From: Aeromicrobium sp.
GTDB taxonomy: Bacteria; Actinomycetota; Coriobacteriia; Anaerosomatales; Anaerosomataceae
Direction of reading: 5' to 3'
Assembly: GCA_015351705.1 (NCBI GenBank)
Contig: JADIIM010000058.1
Coordinates: forward strand, 2,011 to 66,010
DNA: 64,000 bases
This document shows, one piece after another, positions 27,158 to 35,633 of this stretch (its first letter is position 1; the number at the start of each line of letters is the position of its first letter). The position numbers and the translations under genes are program-made. Below the pieces are notes generated by a model that was not told the origin of the DNA, made no database searches, and saw only the letters and a program-made list of their open reading frames with translations.

Positions 27158-28174
27158 GTGGCCGCCGTACCTGCCACGCGCACGCTCAGGTGGGCGCTCG
27201 CCGCCATCGCCGGCGGGCTGGTGCTCGCCGCGCCGTTCGTGGTCACGGACAAGTACCTGCTTCGCATCCTCACGTTCGTGGGCATCAACCTGATCATGGT
27301 CGCGGGCCTGTCGCTGCTCTTCGGGTACGCAGGGCAGATATCGCTCGGCCACGCGGCGTTCTACGGACTCGGTGCGTACACGTCGGGCTTCCTTGCCAAG
27401 CTCGGCGTCGCATGGCCACTCGCACTCGTCGCCGGCGTGGCGGCGGCGGCTCTCGGCGGACTGCTTCTCGCGTTGCCGAGCCTGCGGCTCAAGGGGCACT
27501 ACCTGGCCATGGCGACGCTCGGCTTCGGTGAGATCATGCTGTTCTTCTTCACCGAAACCGAGGTGATCACCGGCGGCTCGAACGGGCTGCGCGGCATCCC
27601 GCCTGCAGGCTTGGGGCCGCTTGTCGCCGACACGCCGCAGACCAAGTACCTGCTGGTATGGGCCGTGGCGTGCGTCGTGCTGCTCCTAGCGGCCAACGTC
27701 GTGCGCCGAAGGCCTGGGCGGGCGCTGCGCGCCATCCACGGCTCGGAGATGGCGGCACAGGCGTGCGGCATCGACACGGTGCGGATGAAGGTACAGGTGT
27801 TCGTGATCTCGGCGGCGCTCGGCGGTCTGTCCGGTGTGCTGTATGCGCACTATGTCGGTTTCATCTCTCCATCCACGTTCACGCTCCACTACTCGCTCGT
27901 GCTCGTCACGATGGTGGCGCTTGGCGGGATGGGCTCACTGGCCGGGGCGGTTGCGGGCACGGTGCTCCTCACGATGCTGCCGTACGCCGACGCGATCATC
28001 CCCGGCCTGTCGCGCGCCACGGTCGAGCTGCTGCAGGACTGGGAGAGCGATATCCACGGGATGGTCCTCATCCTGGTGATGCTGTTCATGCCGGGCGGCC
28101 TGGCGGGGTGGGGGCGGAGCTTCCTGGCGCGCATATCGGTCCGGCGTGCCCGCAGTGCCGGGGGCGATGCCTGA
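27158..28174 (+). CDS. livM: Branched-chain-amino-acid-type ABC transporter permease (LivM family)
   Basis: ORF trimmed to the GTG at 27158, 2 nt after the livH stop. Sequence LLFGYAGQISLGHAAFYGLGAY. Confidence 0.88.
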   Translation: MAAVPATRTLRWALAAIAGGLVLAAPFVVTDKYLLRILTFVGINLIMVAGLSLLFGYAGQISLGHAAFYGLGAYTSGFLAKLGVAWPLALVAGVAAAALGGLLLALPSLRLKGHYLAMATLGFGEIMLFFFTETEVITGGSNGLRGIPPAGLGPLVADTPQTKYLLVWAVACVVLLLAANVVRRRPGRALRAIHGSEMAAQACGIDTVRMKVQVFVISAALGGLSGVLYAHYVGFISPSTFTLHYSLVLVTMVALGGMGSLAGAVAGTVLLTMLPYADAIIPGLSRATVELLQDWESDIHGMVLILVMLFMPGGLAGWGRSFLARISVRRARSAGGDA

Positions 28175-28944
28175 TGGGCATGCTCTCGGTGCAGGGGATC
28201 ACCAAGCGGTTCGGCGGGCTCACCGCGGTCGATGCGGTGTCCTTCGAGGTCCACGAGGGCACCATCCACGCGATCATCGGCCCCAACGGCGCGGGCAAGA
28301 GCACCGCATTCAACCTGCTCACCGGCTTTGAGAAGCCCGATGCGGGCACGGTCAGCTTCGAAGGCGCCACGATCACGGGGATGCGACCGCATCGCATCGT
28401 GAGGCTCGGCCTGGTGCGGACGTTCCAGAACACCGTGCTCTTCGACGACATGACGGTGCTGGAGAACGTGCTCGTGGGGATGCACGTCAGGACCCGTGCC
28501 GGATTCATCGGCTCAGCACTCGCGCTGCCACGCGTCCGGACCGAGGAGCGCCTCGCCGCCGAGGAGGCCCATCGGTTGCTTCGCCTCGTCGATCTCGGTG
28601 AGGTCGCCGACGCTCGTGCGGGCGACCTGCCACACGGCCGCCGACGGCTGCTCGAGATCGCGCGCGCGCTCGGGTCCCGGCCTCGGCTCATGCTGCTGGA
28701 CGAGCCTGCGGCAGGGCTCAACAATGCCGAGACGGCGCAGCTCGCAGAGACGCTTCGGCGGGTGCGCGACAGTGGCGTCACGATCGTGGTGGTGGAGCAC
28801 GACATGGGCCTCGTGATGGACGTGAGTGACGAGATCGTGGTCTTGAACGAGGGCCGCAAGATCGCCGAGGGCCCGCCGCTGCTCATCCAGAAGGACCCGG
28901 CGGTCATCGAGGCGTATCTGGGTGAGGAGGCCGTCGATGCTTGA
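28174..28944 (+). CDS. livG: ABC transporter ATP-binding protein (LivG family)
   Basis: ORF trimmed to the ATG at 28174, which overlaps the livM TGA. Walker A GPNGAGKST. Walker B LMLLDEPAAGL. Confidence 0.9.
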   Translation: MGMLSVQGITKRFGGLTAVDAVSFEVHEGTIHAIIGPNGAGKSTAFNLLTGFEKPDAGTVSFEGATITGMRPHRIVRLGLVRTFQNTVLFDDMTVLENVLVGMHVRTRAGFIGSALALPRVRTEERLAAEEAHRLLRLVDLGEVADARAGDLPHGRRRLLEIARALGSRPRLMLLDEPAAGLNNAETAQLAETLRRVRDSGVTIVVVEHDMGLVMDVSDEIVVLNEGRKIAEGPPLLIQKDPAVIEAYLGEEAVDA

Positions 28945-29665
28945 GATCGATGCCGTCTTTGCGGGATACGGTCGCGTGCCGGTGCTGCACGGTGTGTCGC
29001 TCAGGGCCGCGCCCGGCGAGATGGTCACGCTCGTGGGGGCCAACGGCGCCGGGAAGTCGACGCTGCTCAAGGTCGCGGCGGGTGTGCTCGCGCCCCAGTC
29101 GGGACGCGTGCTGCTGGCGGGAGAAGACGTCACCCGCGTGCCCTCGCACCGGCGCGTGGGCACTGGCATCGTCCTTGTTCCCGAGGGACGCATGCTCTTC
29201 GCGGGCATGTCGGTGGCCGAGAACCTGACGCTCGGCGCGTATCTGCGCACCGGCGCCGCCGCCCGCCGGGCCGTCGAGTCCGATCGGGAGCGGGTCTTCG
29301 ATCTCTTCCCCGTGCTGGCGGACCGGCTCGAGCAGCCGGCGGGCACGCTGTCCGGCGGCGAGCAGCAGATGCTCGCGATCGGACGAGCGCTGATGGCGGA
29401 CCCGAAGGTGCTCTTGCTCGATGAGCCGTCACTCGGGCTCGCTCCCAAGGTCATCGGGGAGATCTTCTCCGTGCTCGACCGCCTGCGCGGTTCGGGCCTC
29501 ACGATGGTGCTTGTGGAGCAGGACGCGCGGCTCGCGCTCAAGCACGCCGATCGGGGATATGTCATGCGGACGGGCGAGGTGGTGCTCGAGGGCTCCTCGG
29601 CCGAGTTGCTCGCCAACGACGACGTGCGCCTGATCTACCTCGGCGCGTGGCACGGAACCGAGTAG
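28937..29665 (+). CDS. livF: ABC transporter ATP-binding protein (LivF family)
   Basis: Starts at the ATG at 28937. Walker [11 protein letters not shown]. Signature LSGGEQQML. Walker [12 protein letters not shown]. Confidence 0.9.
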   Translation: MLEIDAVFAGYGRVPVLHGVSLRAAPGEMVTLVGANGAGKSTLLKVAAGVLAPQSGRVLLAGEDVTRVPSHRRVGTGIVLVPEGRMLFAGMSVAENLTLGAYLRTGAAARRAVESDRERVFDLFPVLADRLEQPAGTLSGGEQQMLAIGRALMADPKVLLLDEPSLGLAPKVIGEIFSVLDRLRGSGLTMVLVEQDARLALKHADRGYVMRTGEVVLEGSSAELLANDDVRLIYLGAWHGTE

Positions 29666-29676
29666 GGAGGGGCCTC

Positions 29677-30981
29677 ATGCCCATCTGGAACGCCGAATAC
29701 GAATCGATGGCCCGGGCCGACCTCGCCGAGCTGCAACTGAGGCGCCTCAAGTCCGTGGTCGCCTGGGTCTACGAGCGGGTACCGCACTATCGTGAGGCGC
29801 TCGATGCGCGGGGCGTCAAGCCACGCGACATCAAGTCGCTCACCGATGTGCGCCTGCTCCCGTTCACCGACAAGACGGCGCTGCGTGACACGTATCCGTT
29901 CGGCATGTTCGCGGTGCCGATGGAGCAGGTCGTGCGCGTGCACTCCTCCTCGGGGACGACCGGCAAGCCGATCGTGGTCGGGTACACCAAGGGCGACCTC
30001 AACACGTGGACGGAGCTCACGGCGCGGATCGCCTCGGCAGCGGGTGTGACCAGCCACGACCGGGTGCAGATGGCGTTTCTGTACGGCATGTTCACCGGCG
30101 GCTGGGGCATGCACTACGGCATCGAACGCGTGGGAGCCACGGTCTTCCCCGCAGGCGCCGGCAACACGGAGCGCCAGCTGATGATGATGCGCGACTTCGG
30201 CACCACGGCGCTCGTCTGTACGCCGAGCTACGCGCTGTACATCGCCGAGGTCGCCGAGCAGAGCGGCATCGACCTTGTGTCGTCTCCGCTGCGACTCGGG
30301 CTGTTCGGTGGTGAGCCGTCCGGCGAAGGGATGCGCGCCGAGATCGAGCGGCGGCTGGGGATCCTCGCCACGGACAACTACGGCCTGTCCGAGGTCATGG
30401 GGCCGGGTGTGTCCGGCGAGTGCGAGCACCAGTGCGGCCTGCATATGGCCGAGGACCACTTCCTGTTCGAAGTGGTCGACCCCGAGACCGGCGAGCCGCT
30501 GCCGGAAGGGGAGGAGGGTGAGCTCATCATCACGACGCTCACCAAAGAGGCGTTCCCGGTCCTCAGGTACCGCACGCATGACCTCACCGTGATCGACACG
30601 CAGCCGTGCGCGTGCGGGCGCACGATGGCCCGGATGCGCAAGGTGCGCGCGCGGACCGACGACATGCTCATCATCCGCGGCGTGAACGTCTACCCGAGCC
30701 AGATCGAGGACGCCTTGCTCCAGGTGGAGGGCGTGGAGCCGCACTACCTCATCGTGGTGGACCGCATCGGTGCCATGGACTCACTCGAGGTGCGCATCGA
30801 GGTGGCCGAGGACGTGTTCTCGGACATGATGGCCGACATGGTCGCGTTCACGAAGCGGGTGAGCGACCGCATCCAGTCGGTCGTGGGCCTCCAGGCCAAG
30901 GTCACCCTGGTAGAGCCTGGTACTATAGAGCGGACTGCAGGCAAGGCGCGTCGGGTGGTCGACAACCGCCCCACCGACTGA
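29677..30981 (+). CDS. paaK: Phenylacetate-CoA ligase family (aryl-acid CoA ligase), copy 2
   Basis: The ATG at 29677 follows GGGAGGGG. Sequence [32 protein letters not shown] and [14 protein letters not shown]. Confidence 0.9.
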   Translation: MPIWNAEYESMARADLAELQLRRLKSVVAWVYERVPHYREALDARGVKPRDIKSLTDVRLLPFTDKTALRDTYPFGMFAVPMEQVVRVHSSSGTTGKPIVVGYTKGDLNTWTELTARIASAAGVTSHDRVQMAFLYGMFTGGWGMHYGIERVGATVFPAGAGNTERQLMMMRDFGTTALVCTPSYALYIAEVAEQSGIDLVSSPLRLGLFGGEPSGEGMRAEIERRLGILATDNYGLSEVMGPGVSGECEHQCGLHMAEDHFLFEVVDPETGEPLPEGEEGELIITTLTKEAFPVLRYRTHDLTVIDTQPCACGRTMARMRKVRARTDDMLIIRGVNVYPSQIEDALLQVEGVEPHYLIVVDRIGAMDSLEVRIEVAEDVFSDMMADMVAFTKRVSDRIQSVVGLQAKVTLVEPGTIERTAGKARRVVDNRPTD

Positions 30982-31008
30982 CGGCTCGCTCATCCATCGG
31001 AGGTACGC

Positions 31009-31554
31009 GTGCTCGGAGAGTACGTCCCGTACATCGTCATCGGCATCGTCGCCGCTGTGCTCATCGCGGCTACGATCGTGCTGGCGCGCCTGGCATGGCG
31101 GCGACAGGTCAGGCGATACATCGTCGGTCTGATCGGCCGCAAAGAGGGGATCGTCGCCGGTGTGAGGACCCTCGACGGCGTCATCGCGGCGCTCGCCGGC
31201 GGAAGCGTCGACGACGTGCTCGCCTTCGCGGCCCCTGACTCTGAGGATCGTCGTGTGGTGGCCGAGGTGGCCTCTCGGATGCGCATGGAGGCCACCGAGC
31301 TCGCGGACCTGCCGCTTCCGAAGGCGCTCTGGACGCTTGCCGATGAGCTCGGCTCGGCGGCGCATTCCCTCGGCGTCATCGCGGGCGGGGTAGGGGAGGC
31401 CCCCGACCTCGAGGCCGCTCTGGACGCGCTTGCGCTGCTCGATCTGTCGGCGATCCGGACCTCGCTGTCCACTGCCGAGGATGAGATCGCACGCCTGGGG
31501 GAGAGATACGGTGTGACCGACGTGTCCGTCTACGGGGGCGGACTGTACATCTGA
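31009..31554 (+). CDS. Hypothetical membrane-anchored protein (181 aa)
   Basis: The GTG lies 5 nt after GGAGG. There is one N-terminal TM helix (YIVIGIVAAVLIAATIVLA), then a helical Ala/Leu/Asp-rich domain with no recognised motif. Confidence 0.6.
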   Translation: MLGEYVPYIVIGIVAAVLIAATIVLARLAWRRQVRRYIVGLIGRKEGIVAGVRTLDGVIAALAGGSVDDVLAFAAPDSEDRRVVAEVASRMRMEATELADLPLPKALWTLADELGSAAHSLGVIAGGVGEAPDLEAALDALALLDLSAIRTSLSTAEDEIARLGERYGVTDVSVYGGGLYI

Positions 31555-31573
31555 CGGCCGAAGGGAGGCCCAC

Positions 31574-32020
31574 ATGGCGTATCGGCAGGACGAGAGTCTC
31601 GTGATGCGCGTGGTGCGCCGTGTCGTGCCCTGGATCGTACTCGTGGCGATCGCGCTGACCGTGTGGGGGTGGGTGGGTCAGTACCGTGACTCTTCAGGCC
31701 CGTCCACTCCGCCGACGGCCGAGCCGTCAGAGGCCGCGACCGACACCGTCACTCCTGATGGAACGGACTCGGACGACACGACCGATGTGGCGGCGCCCGA
31801 GGGTGCCGGTGATGCAGGCATCGGAACGGTCAAGGTGCTGGCCCAGGGTCTGAACATGCGCGCCGAGCCCAGCACGAGCGCCGCTGTCGTCAAGACACTG
31901 GATGCGGACGCGCGTCTGACGCTGCTTGAAGAGGGCGACGGGTGGTACCGCGTCCGCGACGCATCAGGAGCCACCGGATGGGTCGCCGCGGGCGGGCGGT
32001 ACACGGAGAAGGTCGAGTGA
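31574..32020 (+). CDS. Membrane-anchored bacterial SH3-domain protein
   Basis: TM helix VVPWIVLVAIALTVWGWV, a Thr/Asp/Pro-rich linker, and an SH3b-like region KVLAQGLNMRAEPSTSAAVVKTLDADARLTLLEEGDGWYRVRDASGATGWVA. Confidence 0.7.
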   Translation: MAYRQDESLVMRVVRRVVPWIVLVAIALTVWGWVGQYRDSSGPSTPPTAEPSEAATDTVTPDGTDSDDTTDVAAPEGAGDAGIGTVKVLAQGLNMRAEPSTSAAVVKTLDADARLTLLEEGDGWYRVRDASGATGWVAAGGRYTEKVE

Positions 32021-32031
32021 CGGAGGCGAGG

Positions 32032-32349
32032 ATGGCCAAGACCATCGGCAGTGCGGCGGACTTCTACCGGCTTCGCATGATGCGCCTCGACGCCTCCGAT
32101 GCGGTCGACTTCGAGTGGCGTGACGACATCCTCTACCGCAGGCCCCCGGCAGACGACATCGCCGAGGACGAGGCGTACCGGGCCGAGGCGGTGCTGCTCG
32201 ATGACGAAGATGTCGTGATCACGATCGCGACGTTCGACGACCCGGGTGCCGCGCGGGGCTTCCTCGCGGACGCTGAGCGCGACCTGCTCGAGATGACGAA
32301 GTCGGAGTTCGAGGAGTGCTACTTCCCGGAGCCTGGCTCCGCGCTCTGA
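32032..32349 (+). CDS. Hypothetical acidic cytoplasmic protein (105 aa)
   Basis: ORF 31942..32349 trimmed to the ATG at 32032, after GGAGGCGAGG. No recognised motif. Confidence 0.5.
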   Translation: MAKTIGSAADFYRLRMMRLDASDAVDFEWRDDILYRRPPADDIAEDEAYRAEAVLLDDEDVVITIATFDDPGAARGFLADAERDLLEMTKSEFEECYFPEPGSAL

Positions 32350-32508
32350 ATGCAAGGGCGTCCGCACCCTGTTCCGGGGGATGGAATGCCGCATCGAACG
32401 TGTCCTTGGCACTTGCCATAAGATACATTATCGGGCGTTGACACAAGTAGGAGATCTGCACTCAGGTCGTGCGGGCACGATGGTGAGGGCCTAACGCACA
32501 CACTTCGC

Positions 32509-33978
32509 CTACGTCGCGGACGACTCCTGCGCGGCGAGCTCTTCTTCCAGGCGGTGCGAGATGTCGCGGCGCGTGACCACCCAGTCGGTCTTCTTGAAGA
32601 GCTGGTCGTACATCGCCACCAGGACTATGGTGTTCTTGAGCATGACGAAGACGATCACGATCGCCCCGTAGATGAGCCCGTACCACCAGTGGTACCGCAG
32701 GTGGGCGTTCTTCATCGCCGATACGGTCGCGAGCGGTCCGCTCGCGAGTGTCGTGATCGTGGAGAGCCACAAGAACCAGTGCGTGCGTAGCGGGACATCG
32801 CCCTGGTGGAGCCAGAGGCTTATGACGACCGGGAAGATCTGGAGTGTGATCAGCGGGTAGAGCTCACGGTAGAGCAACAGGTAGGTCCAGTGGAGCTTCT
32901 GGAGCGCGGTGAGGTGCTTGGTGCGCCACATCGGGGCCTGGTGCTTGAGGCTTACCTGGAGCCACCCTTGTGCCCAGCGCTTACGTTGGCACCAGAACGC
33001 GTGGAAGTTCGATGGTGCCAGTTCGGTTGAGATGATGCTGCGGTCATGCGCGATCCTATACCCGCCGAGCAGCGCCCGGGCCGATGCATCGATGTCCTCG
33101 GTCATCATCGATCGATCGAAGCGGATCTCCCGCAGGACGTCAGCACGCCAGTAGCCGTTGGAGCCACCGAAGATCGCCGTGTCGAGTGCGAGGGACCGAG
33201 CGGTGTGGCTCACGGCGTAGATGCACTCGAACTCGACCGCGATCAGCCGCGTCAGCGTGTTGGTGTCGTGGTTGCGGATCACGCTCCGGCCCTGGACGAC
33301 GTCGTAGCCCTGTGCGAGCCAGCGCCAGGCACGCGCAAGACAGTCAGGGCACGGGTGATGGTCGGCGTCCAGGATGCTCACGATCTCGCCTGAGGCGATC
33401 TCGATCGCGGCATCGACGTTCTCGGCCTTGGACTCGCTGCCCTCGACGCGCAGCAGTGTGAACGCAGGATCAGCTGCGGCGATCTGCGCAAGTTCGTCTT
33501 CCACGCTCAGGTGGGTGGGCGTGTTGTACGCGAGGATGACCTCGAATCCCGCGGCCGGGCGCTCGATCGACGTCAGCAGATGGCGGACGGTGTCGACGAT
33601 GATGTCGCGTTCGTTGGGCAAGAACGCCGCTACGATGATGGTGGCCGCAGGGGTCGGCGGCAGCGTCGCGATGCTCAGTCGACCGCCGGCCGCTGGCAGG
33701 AGGCGTGCGAGCATCCGTCGCGAGCCGTCGGTGTGGTCACGAGTCGCCCGTCTGCGCGTGAGCGTGATGAGCGCTTCCCAGATGAGCACGACGGCCGTGA
33801 TGAAGTACGTGGCAGCGACGATGATATGCAGCCAGAACAGGTCGTGACCCGCAACACGCAACTGGTAGTAGATGATGGTCGGCAGGCCGACCACGATGAG
33901 GTGCGTCAGCAGCACACGGCCCCAGCCGTATGACGTGCGTCGAATCGGGTCGTATTCGACCCGGACATCCTCCCCCAC
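32509..33978 (-). CDS. Processive family-2 glycosyltransferase, integral membrane beta-glycan synthase (PgaC/IcaA/chitin- or cellulose-synthase-like)
   Basis: N- and C-terminal TM bundles flank a GT2 core with DxD (ILDADHH), TED (MTEDIDAS) and QxxRW (QRKRWAQGW). Start is the GTG at 33978 or 33984. Confidence 0.85.
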   Translation of the reverse strand: MGEDVRVEYDPIRRTSYGWGRVLLTHLIVVGLPTIIYYQLRVAGHDLFWLHIIVAATYFITAVVLIWEALITLTRRRATRDHTDGSRRMLARLLPAAGGRLSIATLPPTPAATIIVAAFLPNERDIIVDTVRHLLTSIERPAAGFEVILAYNTPTHLSVEDELAQIAAADPAFTLLRVEGSESKAENVDAAIEIASGEIVSILDADHHPCPDCLARAWRWLAQGYDVVQGRSVIRNHDTNTLTRLIAVEFECIYAVSHTARSLALDTAIFGGSNGYWRADVLREIRFDRSMMTEDIDASARALLGGYRIAHDRSIISTELAPSNFHAFWCQRKRWAQGWLQVSLKHQAPMWRTKHLTALQKLHWTYLLLYRELYPLITLQIFPVVISLWLHQGDVPLRTHWFLWLSTITTLASGPLATVSAMKNAHLRYHWWYGLIYGAIVIVFVMLKNTIVLVAMYDQLFKKTDWVVTRRDISHRLEEELAAQESSAT

Positions 33979-34034
33979 GAACACTCCTCACCGGGGTGCC
34001 CCCGCCCCTGTACGGACAACGTGCGGCAGGATAC

Positions 34035-34051
34035 CACGTGCAGAGCACGTG
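34035..34051. promoter_or_regulatory. 17-bp perfect palindrome CACGTGC-AGA-GCACGTG abutting a minus-strand TGGTATCCT extended -10 upstream of the GT2 gene (candidate operator)
   Basis: Read directly. The -10 (reverse complement of 34028-34036) overlaps the palindrome edge. It lies about 55 nt upstream of the GT2 start. Confidence 0.4.
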
Positions 34052-34058
34052 TGACCAA

Positions 34059-34077
34059 GTCTTAAAGAACATAAGAC
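34059..34077. promoter_or_regulatory. Second inverted repeat GTCTTA-7 nt-TAAGAC in the AT-richest stretch of the window
   Basis: Read directly. It lies 8 nt from the first palindrome. Confidence 0.3.
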
Positions 34078-34188
34078 GTCAGACTGATGAACCGGCGTCG
34101 GACCGGGACAAGCGGTCATCTCTTGCCGCTCATCGCGCCAACAAGCGATAGTCGGGGCGTCTGCGGTCCATTCTCCGGTGCGTGCGAA

Positions 34189-34256
34189 GCGGCCCCGGAC
34201 CGCGCCGATGCGCAGCCCGGGGCCGTCGCTTCCCTGGTGCGCCGCGTGTGCGGCGC
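34189..34256 (-). terminator. Two GC-rich hairpins downstream of the uracil permease gene
   Basis: GCGCCGC-GTGT-GCGGCGC at 34239-34256, and GGCCCCGG..CCGGGGCC at 34191-34224. There is no strong U-tract. Confidence 0.4.
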
Positions 34257-34284
34257 GGTCCGGGGCCGAAGCCGGCGAAGCGTC

Positions 34285-35622
34285 CTACGCGGACTCGGCC
34301 GCCTCCTCCTGGAGCTCGGCCGTGAAGTCCGGTGAGTCCACCGCGAGTCCCTTGGACTCGGCCGGCAGGATCAGATTCAGGACGACACCGACCACGGTCG
34401 CGAGCGCCATGCCCGGGACCGTGTACTCCCCCACCGGGATCTTGATCTCGGCGACCTCCATGCCGATGCCGAGGACCAGCACGACGCTCGACAGGATGAG
34501 GTTGCGGCTGTGGCTATAGTCGATGCCGCTGTCGACGAGCATGCGCAGGCCCGAGGCCGCGATGAGGCCGAAGAGCAGGATCGACACGCCGCCCATGACC
34601 GGCGTCGGGATGCTCTGGATGAGCGCGCCGAGCTTGGGCACGAACCCGCCGATGATGAACGCGAAGGCGCCGGCGAACCAGAACAGCTGCACGGCGTAGA
34701 TGCGCGTCACGGCCATCACGCCGATGTTCTCGGCGTATGTGGTGGACGGTGTGCCGCCCACCAGCGCGGAGAGCGACGTGGCAAGCCCGTCACCGGCGAG
34801 CGACTGCGGCAGCAGTGGGTTGAAGTCCTTGCCGGTGATCTCGTTGATCACGAGCAGGTGGCCGATGTGCTCGATGATGACCACGAGCGCGACCGGAGCG
34901 ATGAGCATGATCGCCGAGAACTCGAACTTGGCGATCGTGAGGGTCGGGAGACCCACCCATGCCGCGTCGAGGACCGGCTGGAAGTCCACCAGGCCGAACG
35001 GGATGGCCGCGATGTAGCCCACGATGATCCCGAGCAGGATCGGGATCGTTGCCACGAAGCCCTTGAAGTAGCTCGAGAACGCGATGGACGCGGCGAGCGT
35101 GATCGCGGCGACCGCAACCAGGCTCCAGTCGAGCCCGTTCTCCGGGATGGCGAGCGGGAACAGCGACATTCTGATTGCGACACCCGACAGGCCGAGGCCG
35201 ATGATGATCACCACGGCGCCCACGAGCGCCGGCGGGAGCACCCTGTATAGCCAGCCCGTGCCGAACGCCTTGATGATGGCGGCGACGACGACGTACACGA
35301 GACCGGCGACGACCAGACCGCCGAGCGCGTACGGCACCTTCGCGGGATCGGCGACCCCGTTCACGACGCCCGCGACCGCGGCGATCGGTGCGATGAAGGC
35401 GAAGGACGAGCCGAGGAAGCTGGGGATCTTGCCCCGGGTGAGGACGAGGTACAGGATCGTGCCTGCACCCGAGGTCATGATCGCGACCGATGGGTCGAGA
35501 CCGGTCAGTATCGGCACGAGCACCGTGGCGCCGAACATCGCCATGAGGTGCTGGAGTGCGAGCGGGACCGCCTGGACGAGTGGCAGCTTCGCGTCGGTAG
35601 GTACGATGGGGCGCTGCGTCAT
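34285..35622 (-). CDS. uraA: Uracil permease (NCS2/NAT family)
   Basis: LVQAVPLALQHLMAMFGATVLVPILTG..GKIPSFLGSSFAFIAPI closely parallels the E. coli UraA N-terminal region as I recall it. Confidence 0.85.
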   Translation of the reverse strand: MTQRPIVPTDAKLPLVQAVPLALQHLMAMFGATVLVPILTGLDPSVAIMTSGAGTILYLVLTRGKIPSFLGSSFAFIAPIAAVAGVVNGVADPAKVPYALGGLVVAGLVYVVVAAIIKAFGTGWLYRVLPPALVGAVVIIIGLGLSGVAIRMSLFPLAIPENGLDWSLVAVAAITLAASIAFSSYFKGFVATIPILLGIIVGYIAAIPFGLVDFQPVLDAAWVGLPTLTIAKFEFSAIMLIAPVALVVIIEHIGHLLVINEITGKDFNPLLPQSLAGDGLATSLSALVGGTPSTTYAENIGVMAVTRIYAVQLFWFAGAFAFIIGGFVPKLGALIQSIPTPVMGGVSILLFGLIAASGLRMLVDSGIDYSHSRNLILSSVVLVLGIGMEVAEIKIPVGEYTVPGMALATVVGVVLNLILPAESKGLAVDSPDFTAELQEEAAESA

Positions 35623-35633
35623 CTGTGTGCCAC

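Noticed and set aside
33985-34034. c-di-GMP riboswitch ahead of the GT2 synthase
   Set aside because: The distance from the putative -10 to the start codon is only about 40-50 nt, and no GEMM-like conserved segments are visible. Regulation looks protein-operator based instead.
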